Positions 7,862 through 18,821 are shown, counted from the stretch's first letter. The stretch is DNA of 64,000 nt from Candidatus Udaeobacter sp. (GCA_035491515.1 DATJKM010000164.1:7640-71639), one strand, 5' to 3'. The notes: generated by a model from the letters alone, not told the origin. Numbers and translations: made by a program.

Positions 7862-10231
7862 TTATGCTTGTTCATAAGGAGTGAGCAGGTAGCTTTGACC
7901 CGCCTTCACTGCGAAAGCACCATCCGTGCAAATAACGGAGCCTCCCCCGGCATTGGTTACGACAAGCGCCCCTTCATGAATAATCCGGCAAGTCCCGCTG
8001 TCAAAAGCAGTAATGCTGCAGGTCGTCCACTTTCCGCCGCTCCATGCGATGTCGACGATATAGCCGCCTCGAGCCCGCAAACCGGCAACGCTGCCGGCTT
8101 GCCAGCTTTGCGGCAGTGCCGGCAGCAGCGCAATCGAACCATTGTGGCTTTGCAGCAGCATTTCGGCAATGCCAGCCGTGCCGCCGAAGTTGCCGTCGAT
8201 CTGAAAGGGCGGATGATCATCGAACAAGTTCGGATGCGTTGAGCGGGCGAGCAGCATTCTAACGAAACGATGCGCGGATTCCCCGTCCCCCAGACGGGCG
8301 AACTGATTGATGAGCCATGCGCAGCTCCAACCGGTATGTCCTCCTCCATGCTCCAGCCTGCGCTTTAGCGTCGTCTTGACCGCTTCCATGAGCTCCGGCG
8401 TCTGCCTAGTTATTTGTTCGCCTGGATGCAGGCCGTACAAATGCGACATATGTCGATGCCCGGGCTCGATCTCCCCGAAATCGTAATACCACTCCTGCAG
8501 CTGGCCATTGCGTCCGATCCGGTAAGGCGGAAGCTTCGCCAAGGCTGCCTCCAGCTCTTCCTTAAACGTATGATCCTCATCCAGCAGCAGGCATGCTTCT
8601 ATGCAATGGGTGAACAGCTCGCGGATGATGCTGATGTCCATGGTGCTTGCCAATGATACGCTGCATGCCTCTCCGGATTCCGTAATAAATTTATTCTCAG
8701 GAGAGGTCGAGGGATTCGTCACCAAATACCCCTCCGGCCCGATTACCAGCCAATCCAAAAAAAACAAGGCGCTGCCTTTCATAAGCGGATATGCGCTATT
8801 TCTCAAAAAAGCTTTATCCGGTCTAAAGGAATAATGCTCCCACAGATGACGGGTAAGCCACGCTCCCCCAAGCGGCCAAAAAGCCCAGCTCGCATCCCCG
8901 CCGCTCGGCGTCGACGCCCGCCACAAATCGACGTTATGGTGAGCCGCCCAGCCGCGCGCCCCGTAATGAATCAGCGCCGTCCGCCTGCCGTTCTCGGCCA
9001 GCTCGGCGAGCATATCAAACAGCGGCTCATGACATTCGCCAAGCGCGCACACCTCGGCCGGCCAATAGTTCATTTGCACATTGATGTTCGACGTATAATT
9101 GCTGTTCCACGGCGGCTGCAGCCGATCGTTCCAAATGCCCTGCAAATTGGCAGGCTGCGTGCCCGGCCTTGAGCTGCCCATTAGCAAATAACGTCCGTAT
9201 TGAAAATAAAGCGCCTCAAGCTGCGGATCCTCGCCGCCGCCGCGATAGGCTGCAAGCCGCTCATCCGTAGGAAGATACGCTGCCGCAGTTAAGCCCAAAT
9301 CAAGCGTTACCCGCCCGAACAATGCAGAATGCTCCTTGATATGGCGCTCGCGAAGCTTCGCGCAGCCCAGCCCGATTGCGGCAGCCATCCGCCCGGTACA
9401 ACGGGCGTTAGCCTTTTCTCCGCCTGCGGGAGCTGCATCATATCTCACAAAATCGGTAGCTGCCGACACCAGCAGCGTTACGCGGCTTGCTCCCGCAATA
9501 CGCAAGCTCCCCTCGCCTGTCGCCGTAATTGTGCCGCCCTCTTGCTGCACCTGAACCTGCAGCTCGAATGACAGCCCTCTTCCCTTCTCGAACAGAATCG
9601 GATTCGGGTGATCGCCCCGGTAATTGTCAGCGACATGACTCGGACATTGTCCGATTAGCGTAAGCCTATCCGCGGCCGCATCCGCATGATAAGGCAGCAA
9701 TGAATCTGCGGAAACTTGCAGCTGGAGCGCTTCTCCGCACGCTTCATAGGTGATGACCATCACATCGTCGGCTGTGCTGACGAAGGCTTCGCGCTTCACC
9801 GTCCCTGCACCATAGGCGTACACCGTCGAAGCAATTCCCGTCGTTAAATCAAGCTCCCGCTCATATTCGCCTCCCCTATTCGCTTCCAAGCCGTCAATAT
9901 GCTCCACCCAGAGATTTCCGAGCGGCTGATAAGGCTCCGTATTCACGCCGAGCATTTTATCGTTGATAAGCCGCTCCGCATCCGTATATTTCCCTTCCAT
10001 AATCAAATCCCGAACAGGCCGCAAATAGCGGAGCGCCTCATAATTATTCGTATCGCGCGGAAATCCGGCCCAGAGCGTGTCTTCGTTCAATTGAATTCGT
10101 TCCCTGCCGGTCTCTCCAAACACCATGCCTCCCAGCCGTCCGTTTCCAATCGGCAGCGCTTCCTCCCATTTTACCGCAGGCTTCGTATACCACAGCCGCC
10201 ATGAACGCTGCAATTCCTCGATTTCCCTCAT
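7862..10231 (-). CDS. glycoside hydrolase family 95 (alpha-L-fucosidase type)
   Basis: N-terminal WYTKPAVKWEEALPIGNGRLGGMVFG...IQLNEDTLWAG and about 790 aa length are characteristic of GH95. Confidence 0.85.
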   Translation of the reverse strand: MREIEELQRSWRLWYTKPAVKWEEALPIGNGRLGGMVFGETGRERIQLNEDTLWAGFPRDTNNYEALRYLRPVRDLIMEGKYTDAERLINDKMLGVNTEPYQPLGNLWVEHIDGLEANRGGEYERELDLTTGIASTVYAYGAGTVKREAFVSTADDVMVITYEACGEALQLQVSADSLLPYHADAAADRLTLIGQCPSHVADNYRGDHPNPILFEKGRGLSFELQVQVQQEGGTITATGEGSLRIAGASRVTLLVSAATDFVRYDAAPAGGEKANARCTGRMAAAIGLGCAKLRERHIKEHSALFGRVTLDLGLTAAAYLPTDERLAAYRGGGEDPQLEALYFQYGRYLLMGSSRPGTQPANLQGIWNDRLQPPWNSNYTSNINVQMNYWPAEVCALGECHEPLFDMLAELAENGRRTALIHYGARGWAAHHNVDLWRASTPSGGDASWAFWPLGGAWLTRHLWEHYSFRPDKAFLRNSAYPLMKGSALFFLDWLVIGPEGYLVTNPSTSPENKFITESGEACSVSLASTMDISIIRELFTHCIEACLLLDEDHTFKEELEAALAKLPPYRIGRNGQLQEWYYDFGEIEPGHRHMSHLYGLHPGEQITRQTPELMEAVKTTLKRRLEHGGGHTGWSCAWLINQFARLGDGESAHRFVRMLLARSTHPNLFDDHPPFQIDGNFGGTAGIAEMLLQSHNGSIALLPALPQSWQAGSVAGLRARGGYIVDIAWSGGKWTTCSITAFDSGTCRIIHEGALVVTNAGGGSVICTDGAFAVKAGQSYLLTPYEQA

Positions 10232-10278
10232 CCTTTATACCCTCGTCTCATCATCATTTTCGTTAGTACCCGCCTACC

Positions 10279-10315
10279 AAAAGGAAAGAGCGGACAAGTT
10301 CCCCCCGCCCGCTCC
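10279..10315 (-). terminator. hairpin after the ABC operon
   Basis: GAGCGG / CCGCTC stem with T-rich tail on minus strand. Confidence 0.4.
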
Positions 10316-10319
10316 CCGC

Positions 10320-12029
10320 TTATTTAACTCCCTTTTTCTCCAAATCAGCCAAATGGCGCTCGTACATAACCTTCTCTACTTTGTCTGCGCCTACTTTATC
10401 CATGTCTTTCACAAAATCATTGTAAATATCGTCAAATTCCTTATCCGATCCGGCAAGCACGAGCATAGGAATCGTTTTATTCCACAGGTTTTTAATTTTG
10501 GCGTTAATGACGCCTTCCGGCGAGGAGCCTTCAGGCTCGATATTTTCTAGTCCGAGCGAGAAGCTGTCGAAATTGTATTTCTTCAGCTGTTCTTTTGCCG
10601 CGGCCTGCTCAGGCTGTTTCTCGTCAAAATCGCGCTTGTCGGCAGCATCCCAAAGCTTGCCGGAGCGCCACATGAGCGTGGAAGCCGAAAATCCGTATTT
10701 GCTGTACCATGCATTGTTATCGGTAAGCTCCAGATCCTTCACTTCTGCCTTTGCCTTCGGCAGTCCGTCTACCATGTCGTAAGTTTCGCCTTCCTTGCCG
10801 TAGCGGAAATCCAGCTGGCCTTCATCGGACCATGCATATTCAAGGAATTTGATGATCCGTTCCGGGTCTTTCGCCTTTTTCGTAATGAAGAAGCCCTGCC
10901 AGCCCATCAAGCGGCTTGCCGGATAACGCGGCTCCTGCCCGCCGATCTTAAGACCGTCCAGCACCACATACGTTTTGTCTTCGCCCAGCGTGCTTTCGAT
11001 TTTCGGATTATACTGCGTGTACATGCCGTTCATAAACGCCGAAGTAACGATAAAGTTAGCGCCGTAAATTTTCTCGTCGTACTGCTCCTGCTTCGCGATC
11101 AGCTGCTGCGGATCGAATAAGCCGTCCTTCGCCAGCTTGTTCACGTAGCGGAATGCTTCGATATAGTTTTTGTCGCGCATTGGATAAAGCACGCGCTGCG
11201 TATCGTCTTTAATCCGGTTTTCCATATTCATCGGGGAGAACGAATTGATCAGATAATTCATCGACAAGCTGCCTTCAAAGCCCCACATCGATACGTCGAA
11301 GGATTCCATTCCAACCGGACTCAGCTCCGGATATTTCGCTTTTGCCTGCTTCAGGAAATCGACCAGTTGCTGCTCGGTTTCGATCTTCGGCTCGCCAAGC
11401 GCTTTATAGATATCCTTGCGCACGAACCATGGACGAATGCCCGTTATCGGAACGCCGTTCGTCAAGCGCTCCTCCGTTTCGTAGTTGTTAGGCAAATACC
11501 AAAGCTTGCCGTTAACGGAATGATATTTTACAATTTCCGGATCGATCAAATCCCACATCTTCGGCGCATATTTATCGATAAGCTCATCCAAGGAATAGAG
11601 CATGCCGTTATTAATCAATTTCGTTACCTGCGGATGGTTCCAGTCCAGCATGAGCGTATCCGGCAAATCATTCGAAGCGATCATCGTATTCAGAAAGTCA
11701 TTATCATTGCCGGTAGCAAGGAAACGATCGATCGTCACGCCCGTTTTATCTGTAATTTGCTTCATATTGAGCTGATCTTTCCACAAATAATTGGATGCCC
11801 ACGTACCGTAAAAGTATTGCCGGAACGTAAATGGCGAAGTATCCTGCTTCCACTCCAGCTCATTCGGATCGGCGGGAGCCTTTGTCGTATTATCGGCTGC
11901 TCCTGTCTCTGTTTTTTCGCCGCCCGAATTTGTCTTTGCTTCGTTATTGGCGCTGCAGCCGGTCATCGCCAAGGCAAGCACCAGAATGAATGCCAGCGCT
12001 GCCGTAAGCTTCTTGTTTATCTTGTACAT
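10320..12029 (-). CDS. extracellular solute-binding lipoprotein (large LplA-type sugar ABC SBP)
   Basis: Lipobox LAMTGCS; 569 aa; operon with two MalFG-type permeases. Confidence 0.85.
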   Translation of the reverse strand: MYKINKKLTAALAFILVLALAMTGCSANNEAKTNSGGEKTETGAADNTTKAPADPNELEWKQDTSPFTFRQYFYGTWASNYLWKDQLNMKQITDKTGVTIDRFLATGNDNDFLNTMIASNDLPDTLMLDWNHPQVTKLINNGMLYSLDELIDKYAPKMWDLIDPEIVKYHSVNGKLWYLPNNYETEERLTNGVPITGIRPWFVRKDIYKALGEPKIETEQQLVDFLKQAKAKYPELSPVGMESFDVSMWGFEGSLSMNYLINSFSPMNMENRIKDDTQRVLYPMRDKNYIEAFRYVNKLAKDGLFDPQQLIAKQEQYDEKIYGANFIVTSAFMNGMYTQYNPKIESTLGEDKTYVVLDGLKIGGQEPRYPASRLMGWQGFFITKKAKDPERIIKFLEYAWSDEGQLDFRYGKEGETYDMVDGLPKAKAEVKDLELTDNNAWYSKYGFSASTLMWRSGKLWDAADKRDFDEKQPEQAAAKEQLKKYNFDSFSLGLENIEPEGSSPEGVINAKIKNLWNKTIPMLVLAGSDKEFDDIYNDFVKDMDKVGADKVEKVMYERHLADLEKKGVK

Positions 12030-12096
12030 GATGAATGAATCCTCCCTTTTCGTATTGCTTCTATATATCGGGCAGTGTGCCCGTTGAAGCCGTTCA

Positions 12097-12975
12097 TTAG
12101 CCTTTGACCGAGCCGATCATAATCCCTTTGACAAAATATTTTTGCAGGAACGGATACGAGAATACGATCGGCAGCGTTGTAATGACCATCGTTGCCAGCT
12201 TCACGGATTCGGCCGTAACGGCTTTCATTCCGAGATTGCTTGCCATCAGGCTGACATTGCTGTTGGAGCTGATAATTTGCATCAGAATTTGCTGAAGCGT
12301 CCGCAGATGCTCGCCGCCGTAAAGCATGGCATCGAACCATGAGTTCCAATGGAACACGGCGTTATATAACGCAATCGTGGCAAGCACGGGCTTCGATACC
12401 GGCAAAATAAGCCTCCAAAAAATCGTCAGCTCGTTGGCGCCGTCCACCTTGGCCGATTCCTCCATCTCCTTCGGAATGCCCCGGAAGAAGGTAAGCATAA
12501 TTAAAGCGTTAAACACGCTGAACAGGTTGGGCAAAATATAAGCCATAAAGCTGCCCTTCAAGTGCAGATACTGCGCGATCAGCAAATATTGCGGAATAAG
12601 GCCGCCGCTGAAATACATCGTAATAATCGCCAATATAAGAAACAGCTTTCTTCCGAGCAGCTCCGGCTTGGATACGCCATACGAGAAGGCCGCGGTAAAC
12701 AGGACGGCAGTCGCCGTTCCGATAATGGTCCTAAGAACCGTGACGGCGAACGCGCCGGTCAAGCTCTCGTCCTGCAGCACCATTTTGTAATTTTCAAAGG
12801 AAATGACGCGGGGCCAGAACGTTATGCCTCCCCGTGCCGCATCGGCAGGATCGTTTAATGATGTAATCAATATGTTATAGAACGGATATAAGGTAACGAA
12901 GGCGAGCAGCAGGAGCAGCACAACATTGACCGCGTCAAACAGCTTCTCTCCTGTGGTCCGGTGTACAGCGTTCAT
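12097..12975 (-). CDS. carbohydrate ABC transporter permease (LplC-type)
   Basis: EAA-loop region AKVDGANELTIFWRLILPVSKP; ATG 7 nt after AAGGAGG. Confidence 0.9.
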   Translation of the reverse strand: MNAVHRTTGEKLFDAVNVVLLLLLAFVTLYPFYNILITSLNDPADAARGGITFWPRVISFENYKMVLQDESLTGAFAVTVLRTIIGTATAVLFTAAFSYGVSKPELLGRKLFLILAIITMYFSGGLIPQYLLIAQYLHLKGSFMAYILPNLFSVFNALIMLTFFRGIPKEMEESAKVDGANELTIFWRLILPVSKPVLATIALYNAVFHWNSWFDAMLYGGEHLRTLQQILMQIISSNSNVSLMASNLGMKAVTAESVKLATMVITTLPIVFSYPFLQKYFVKGIMIGSVKG

Positions 12976-13026
12976 GGGCAAACCTCCTTAGGCGCAAGAA
13001 TATCGGCTTTATGCGTTCTCATCATT

Positions 13027-13989
13027 TTAGAATAGACTCTCGTTCGTTATTTTGCGTGACGAGTAGTTCGCGCCCAGCATAAGCAGGAACGCAACGACTG
13101 ATTGGAATAAGCCTACCGCTGTACCGTATGAGAACCGCCCGAGCACGAGGCCCATCTCGTAAGAGTAAATAGACAGCACGTTGGCCTGATCCTGCGTCAT
13201 CGAGTTTTTCATCAGAAACAGCTGATCAAAGTTGGCATTCATTAAGCCGCCCACATTGAGGATAAGCAAAATGACGACGGTCGGCTTAATGGCCGGAAGG
13301 GTCACATGCCATATTTTGCGAAAGCGTCCCGCCCCGTCGACCGTTGCGGCCTCGTAGAGCTGCGGGTCAATGCTTGCAATCGCTGCCAAAAAGATGATGG
13401 AGTTCCAGCCGATGTTCTTCCACACTTCGGAGATGACAACCAGCGTCGTGAACGTCTTCGGGTCGCCCATGAGCAGCTGGTCCGAAGAGATGAAGCCGAG
13501 CCATTGCAGCAATCCGCTCAGCGCCCCCGTTCTCGGATCAAGCAGCGTATACATGAAGCCTACGACGAACACCCATGAAATAAAGTAAGGCAGATACGAT
13601 AACGATTGAACCACTTTCTTGAGGCGCTGCGCTCTCAGCTCATTAAGCATAATGGCTAGCAGGATCGGTGCCGGAAAGCCGAACAACAGCTTCAGCAAGC
13701 TGATCTTGAGCGTATTAAGGACCGAATCCATAAAGCTCGGATCGATGAACAATTCCTTGAAATTGTCCAGTCCTACCCATGGGCTGAATGTAAAGCCCTG
13801 CACCGGGTTGTATTCCTCGAATGCAATAATAATGCCGTACATCGGCACGTAATGGAATATGATCAGCCAAACGACCGCAGGCAGCGTCAGTATCATCAAA
13901 TAGCGCTGCGCCCAGAATCGCTTGCCAATATGAATGCGTCCCGATTCTCTGGTTGCCCTGGCCTTTACCGCCAAGCTCAAGTCTTCCAT
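13027..13989 (-). CDS. sugar ABC transporter permease (LplB-type)
   Basis: EAATVDGAGRFRKIWHVTLPAIKP EAA motif. Confidence 0.9.
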   Translation of the reverse strand: MEDLSLAVKARATRESGRIHIGKRFWAQRYLMILTLPAVVWLIIFHYVPMYGIIIAFEEYNPVQGFTFSPWVGLDNFKELFIDPSFMDSVLNTLKISLLKLLFGFPAPILLAIMLNELRAQRLKKVVQSLSYLPYFISWVFVVGFMYTLLDPRTGALSGLLQWLGFISSDQLLMGDPKTFTTLVVISEVWKNIGWNSIIFLAAIASIDPQLYEAATVDGAGRFRKIWHVTLPAIKPTVVILLILNVGGLMNANFDQLFLMKNSMTQDQANVLSIYSYEMGLVLGRFSYGTAVGLFQSVVAFLLMLGANYSSRKITNESLF

Positions 13990-14116
13990 CTGTCCACCCC
14001 TTCTCTCGATGTTGTCTCTTATTTACATTGTAGAAGATGGGCGCGGGGGGGAGATATATCAAAAAATGTGGTTTGTTTTAATTATCAACGCAATATTGCA
14101 GCGCAATCATTCTTAT

Positions 14117-14157
14117 ATAAAAAAAGGCGGCTGCCCCCTTAATGAGGCAGCCGCCAA
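14117..14157 (-). terminator. Rho-independent terminator after the response regulator
   Basis: GGCGGCTGCC / GGCAGCCGCC stem and T8 on minus strand. Confidence 0.75.
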
Positions 14158-14172
14158 ACCTAACGGGCAGCG

Positions 14173-15747
14173 TTATTTCCGGTGAAGCATTTCCTGATAT
14201 TCGCCCGGCGAAACGCCAAATGCGTTTTTAAAAACGGTGCAGAAGTAAGAGGTGCTTGGTATGCCAATCTCCTTCGCGACCCGCGCTACCTTATACTGCG
14301 GAATCGCCAGCAGCTCCTTCGACTTATCAAGCCTGACCTGAGCCAGCTGATCATGTACGGACCTTCCGGTCGTTTTCTTATACAGAGAGCCTAAGTAGTT
14401 TGGCGACAAAAACACCTCATCCGCAATCGATTTCAAGCTAATATCGGGCGACATGTACTTTTGCTCGATCAGCTTGTTCACTTGACGGATGACATACTCC
14501 TCCTTCCCGCCTCGCTTCTCCCGCAGCACTGTAATCGTATCCGCTATGCTTTTCAGCGTATAGGCTCTAACCGCCGCTAAAGTCGGCAGCGCATCCAATT
14601 GCTCCCCCGGGTCAATCCCGCTATCACCGGTTTGGCGCGCGCCTGCGAGAACGGATAGCTCGAAAAGCAGACCGCTGACGTAATGCCGGACGTAGTCCCC
14701 GTCGGCGCCTCTGCGCGCTTGCAGGTCATCGAACATTTCCTTCGCGCTTGCAAGCGCCTGCTCCTCCTCCAGCGCATGCACGCCATATACGACAGCTTTG
14801 GCCTGCTGACCGCTCTTGTACAGAAAATCCGCCGCCTCATTCAGAAAAATCGACCGTTCGCGTTCGACCTTATCTTGCGAGATAGCGCCGCTCTCTCCCC
14901 AGAATGCAGCGTAAGCCAAACTGTTCTCCGCTTGCTTGACCGATTCTGCCACCTTGATCAGCCCATCTGCGCGAGAGCCGGCGGCTATCGTTAATTTGTC
15001 AGGCCATATTAGGCTTCCGCCGCCGGTAATGCGCTCCGCCAGCTTGGCAGCATACTCGTCAGGGTGCACTGCCGGCGCCGGGATGACGACAATCCATTCG
15101 CATTCCCGCTTTTCCGAATAGCTTATTATGCTTGGTCCTGTGAAGAGACTGCCCAGCCGCTCCCCAAAGTGGCCCTGCCTTTGAACCGCAATAGCAAAAA
15201 CGGCGAACGGCTCCGTCTCGGACATGAAGCCCTCCGTTTTCGCAAGCTCCTTCGCATATTTCGGCTCCAGCGATCCAAACAGCAAATCTTGGATCCATTT
15301 CGCCTTCATAAGCCGGCGATGCTCCTCCACCTCAGCCTTCAGCTCTTCCCGCTCCTGCTTGAAACTTGTATCCTGCTCGCATTCGTTCAGCACCCTGCCC
15401 ATCGCTTCGAGCAGCTTTTGCTCGCTAACCGGCTTTAGCACATAATGGCTTGCTTTAAGATCAATCGCTTTGCGCGCGTATTCAAAATCGCCGTATCCCG
15501 TTAATATAATGATCCGCACATGCGGCTTAAGTTCTTTGATTTTGCGGGACATCTCGAGGCCGTCCATGCCCGGCATCCGAATATCCGTAATGACGATATC
15601 TGGATTCAGCTCCATCGTCTGCTCCAGTCCATCGATACCATCGCGGGCCGTTCCTGCAATTTCAATGCCCATCGCATTCCAATCGAGAAAATCGACCAGC
15701 CCTTCCCGCTCCCAACGCTCGTCCTCCACTATAAGCAATTTATACAT
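14173..15747 (-). CDS. response regulator, CheY receiver + AraC HTH (YesN-type)
   Basis: MYKLLIVEDE...DIRMPGMDG receiver; C-terminal AraC HTH; start 5 nt after the kinase stop. Confidence 0.9.
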   Translation of the reverse strand: MYKLLIVEDERWEREGLVDFLDWNAMGIEIAGTARDGIDGLEQTMELNPDIVITDIRMPGMDGLEMSRKIKELKPHVRIIILTGYGDFEYARKAIDLKASHYVLKPVSEQKLLEAMGRVLNECEQDTSFKQEREELKAEVEEHRRLMKAKWIQDLLFGSLEPKYAKELAKTEGFMSETEPFAVFAIAVQRQGHFGERLGSLFTGPSIISYSEKRECEWIVVIPAPAVHPDEYAAKLAERITGGGSLIWPDKLTIAAGSRADGLIKVAESVKQAENSLAYAAFWGESGAISQDKVERERSIFLNEAADFLYKSGQQAKAVVYGVHALEEEQALASAKEMFDDLQARRGADGDYVRHYVSGLLFELSVLAGARQTGDSGIDPGEQLDALPTLAAVRAYTLKSIADTITVLREKRGGKEEYVIRQVNKLIEQKYMSPDISLKSIADEVFLSPNYLGSLYKKTTGRSVHDQLAQVRLDKSKELLAIPQYKVARVAKEIGIPSTSYFCTVFKNAFGVSPGEYQEMLHRK

Positions 15748-15751
15748 GGGA

Positions 15752-17548
15752 TCACGCTCTTTCCTTGGCAAAAATAATCATAACCGACGTTCCGATGCCC
15801 GGCGCACTATGAATGCGGAAGGCATGCCTCTTGCCGTAATACGAATTGAGCCGTTCCGTTATGTTTTTCACTGCGTAGCCGCTGCCGCTGCCGCCCGTAC
15901 GCTCGATATTTCCGGCGAGCAGCGCCGCGAGCCGCTCCTTCGGCATGCCAACCCCGTCATCGATCACCTTAAAGCACAGCATGTCATCCGCTTCAATCGA
16001 GGCCTTGATGACAAGCGTGCCGCGGTCCCGCTTCGGCTCGATTCCGTGATTGAGCGCATTTTCGACGATCGGCTGAAGAATGTTTTTCACGACGCAATAT
16101 TCATAGACGCGCTCGTCAATGTCGTATACGACGTCAAACAGCTCCTCAAACCGGAATTTCTGTATAGCCAGATAGGCCTTCACCATCTCAAGCTCGTCCT
16201 TGATCAGAATTTCGCGTCTGCCCTTGTTCAGCACCAATCTGTAGAACTGGGCAAGCGCATCTGAAAGATGTACGATTTCCGCTGACTTCGCTTTACGCGC
16301 CACCCACGAAATCGTGGCGAGCGTGTTATAAAGGAAATGCGGGTTCACCTGGGATTCCAGCGCCTTTAATTCGGCCTCTCTCTCCATGAGCTGACTTTTG
16401 TACACCGTCTCAACCAATTCATGAATTCTGGCCGTCATCAGGTTAAAGCTGATTGCGATTTGTGAGAATTCATCGTTCGACTGTACCGGTACGGAAACCG
16501 TAAGCGAACCCTCCTTGACCCGCTTCATCGCCAGTACGATCATTTTCAGCCTGGACAGCAGCGCATTCGTAATGAAATAGACAATAAACCCGAGTACAAC
16601 AAGCGCGATAAGCAGGATGATCGAAATCGAGAAAGCCGACTCCTTCACCTTCTCGTTCAATTCGCTTACAGGAAAAATACCGATCAAACGAAGCCCTAAA
16701 CCAGTAACAGGTACGGAAATAACGACCGATTTGCGCCCGTCCACCTTGATAACCTGATTAAACGGAGTCGTCAGCGGGAGCGCCTCTAATCCGGCATAGG
16801 TTAATTTCTGCTTAAACAGTTCGCTTTTGTTGCTGGAAACGACTTGGTTTTGCTCATCGAGCATGAAGACATTATCCATTTGCCCCGTACTCTCCGAGCT
16901 CAAAATATCAAAGAAATCGCTTTCCGAAATTTCGATTTCCAGCAGACCCACCGTGTCAAAGTAGCGGATCGAATTTATTTTTTGGTAAAAGGAAAAAACG
17001 TCCTCGGGCTCGCCCCTTTTCGGGATGTTGAGCAAAAACTTTTCCGCATGAAGTCCCCGCCAGCCTGATATGTTCGAATTGTCCTTCGTTACCTCGCGTA
17101 CCCATTGCTGCTGCTCGATCCGGTTGATTTGATAAAAGCTGTCGTAGACTTCCGGAATCGACGGGTTCGTCATATAAACGCGCAGCGAATGGACATTCGG
17201 ATTTTGCCGCAGCACGTTTTCCACATAAGGAGTAATATTCGAGGTATAGTCGTCGTAAGCAAACGAATTACTGTTGAAATCGCTTCCCAAAAACGTTTGC
17301 AGCCGGATGTCGGACGTCAGCAGCTTAGAAATGTTTTGAATCATATTCATTTTGTTCAGCACGCTATTGCGCGTTTGCAGCAAATTTTGCTCCATCACCG
17401 TTTGCGCCTGCGAGACGGCCGAGCCCGACAGCTGCATATAAAGATAAATGCCGCATGCGGAGAGCGATACCGCCAGAATACAAAGGAATGTCGCTACGAA
17501 TTTCCACGTTACGCTTAAATTGCGAAATAGCTTCGTCATCTTATGCAT
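15752..17548 (-). CDS. sensor histidine kinase (YesM-type: 2 TM, HAMP, His_kinase, HATPase_c)
   Basis: QVNPHFLYNTL H-box and C-terminal GGSGYAVKNI ATPase motifs. Confidence 0.9.
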   Translation of the reverse strand: MHKMTKLFRNLSVTWKFVATFLCILAVSLSACGIYLYMQLSGSAVSQAQTVMEQNLLQTRNSVLNKMNMIQNISKLLTSDIRLQTFLGSDFNSNSFAYDDYTSNITPYVENVLRQNPNVHSLRVYMTNPSIPEVYDSFYQINRIEQQQWVREVTKDNSNISGWRGLHAEKFLLNIPKRGEPEDVFSFYQKINSIRYFDTVGLLEIEISESDFFDILSSESTGQMDNVFMLDEQNQVVSSNKSELFKQKLTYAGLEALPLTTPFNQVIKVDGRKSVVISVPVTGLGLRLIGIFPVSELNEKVKESAFSISIILLIALVVLGFIVYFITNALLSRLKMIVLAMKRVKEGSLTVSVPVQSNDEFSQIAISFNLMTARIHELVETVYKSQLMEREAELKALESQVNPHFLYNTLATISWVARKAKSAEIVHLSDALAQFYRLVLNKGRREILIKDELEMVKAYLAIQKFRFEELFDVVYDIDERVYEYCVVKNILQPIVENALNHGIEPKRDRGTLVIKASIEADDMLCFKVIDDGVGMPKERLAALLAGNIERTGGSGSGYAVKNITERLNSYYGKRHAFRIHSAPGIGTSVMIIFAKERA

Positions 17549-17580
17549 GAGCTGCAACCTTCTTCTGTCGGCTTAAACGG

Positions 17581-17610
17581 AGAAAACCGGCTGTCTGTCG
17601 ATGCCGGTTC
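17581..17610 (-). terminator. hairpin after the SGNH hydrolase gene
   Basis: AACCGGC / GCCGGTT stem and short T-run on minus strand. Confidence 0.5.
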
Positions 17611-17647
17611 CATTCCGATAAATAATAAATCATATTAACTATTAAGG

Positions 17648-18310
17648 TCAATTATCCGCTAATTTACTGTCCAAAACCACTTTCAGCCACTGCCTTGCAA
17701 TGAGCTCATGACCGGCAGCGGTCGGATGAACGCCGTCCCACAGCCAGTAGGAGGCTTTCGCGCGCCCGCAGGCTTCATCGAATGCCGATTGAAGCGGAAC
17801 GAATACAGCTCCGAACTGCTCCGCAAGCCCGCGAACCGTTTGCCCGTATGCCGTTACCCGCTCCGACCAGGTTTCCCAACTTCGCGCGGGCGCTCCCGTA
17901 TTCAGAATAAACGGCTCGCACAGCACCAGGTCCGCACCAGGCAATACCTCTCTCGTTTCCTCCAGCACATGCCGGTAGGCCCGCTCGAATCTGTCCGTTA
18001 CGCCGCTCGGCTCTCCGCTCATCGTCCGCCATGCATCGTTAACGCCAATAAGAATACTGATCAAATTCGGCTTTAGGCTGATCGCGTCCTCATTCCACCT
18101 TGCATATAAATCAGATGCCCGGTTGCCGCTTATGCCGCGGTTAATAAATACAGGCTCTTGCTCCGCCCACAAGTAGCCTAGCTTTGCCCCGATGATATAC
18201 GCATAGCTATGCCCTAAAATATGGTTAGGATCGTCATTTCTGCCCCTGGCTCCATCAGTAATCGAGTCCCCTTGAAATAAAATAACCCGTTTGTCCGTGA
18301 TGATGAGCAC
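17648..18310 (-). CDS. SGNH/GDSL hydrolase family protein
   Basis: Block I FQGDSITDG, block III GVND, C-terminal DGVHPT; start codon uncertain (GTG). Confidence 0.8.
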   Translation of the reverse strand: MLIITDKRVILFQGDSITDGARGRNDDPNHILGHSYAYIIGAKLGYLWAEQEPVFINRGISGNRASDLYARWNEDAISLKPNLISILIGVNDAWRTMSGEPSGVTDRFERAYRHVLEETREVLPGADLVLCEPFILNTGAPARSWETWSERVTAYGQTVRGLAEQFGAVFVPLQSAFDEACGRAKASYWLWDGVHPTAAGHELIARQWLKVVLDSKLADN

Positions 18311-18416
18311 CCCTCTTCATTATTTTCCTCTGCACTTACTAATATTACGCTTATTATAGGACATATTAGGGTGCGGCGTAATTGCAAAAATCAACGATCC
18401 TATCGAAAATCAACGG

Positions 18417-18821
18417 TTACTCCCGGCAAACCATAAGAAGATTATCGTCCGGGTCTTTAATGACGAACCAGTGATCATGCTGAATATCCGTGACCATGTT
18501 CACCTGATTCGCCACCGCAAATTCATAGGACGCTTGGAGATCGCCCGTCAAGAGCATAAAGGCCGGCGTCTTGATAGGAGGAGCCCCTCCGGGCTCTTTC
18601 CCGCCCCACATCGGCATCGTGTCGAGAATGAGGCCTGTGCCCTGCATCGGCAGCGGACAAAGATGGCCATTCATAATTTCACAATCATTCGGCAGCCCCA
18701 GCAGCAGACAATACCAATCGCGCGACTTCTCAATATCCTTGACCGGAACAAATATACTGCCTACCTTGTTCATAATGGGGCTTTTGACAGCTTCGCTGCT
18801 TCCTTGTTCCTTCATATCCAT
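18417..18821 (-). CDS. VOC (glyoxalase/bleomycin-resistance fold) family protein
   Basis: Internal ATG after GGAGG; FVPVKDIEKSRDWY...FVIKDPDDNLL pattern. Confidence 0.65.
   Translation of the reverse strand: MDMKEQGSSEAVKSPIMNKVGSIFVPVKDIEKSRDWYCLLLGLPNDCEIMNGHLCPLPMQGTGLILDTMPMWGGKEPGGAPPIKTPAFMLLTGDLQASYEFAVANQVNMVTDIQHDHWFVIKDPDDNLLMVCRE

Noticed and set aside
10261-10275. Fifth copy of the CCCGTTAG motif (cgttagtacccgcc)
   Set aside because: It is only a circularly permuted partial match (CGTTAG followed by TACCCG), which is consistent with chance.
15470-16264. Long antisense ORFs inside the kinase, regulator, SBP and GH genes. Examples are 15470-16264, 11367-12038, 30240-30935, 32692-33249, 43097-43657, 44827-45450, 45759-46304 and 55399-56061
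   Set aside because: These are shadow frames opposite confidently identified genes. They have no RBS and biased low-complexity translations.
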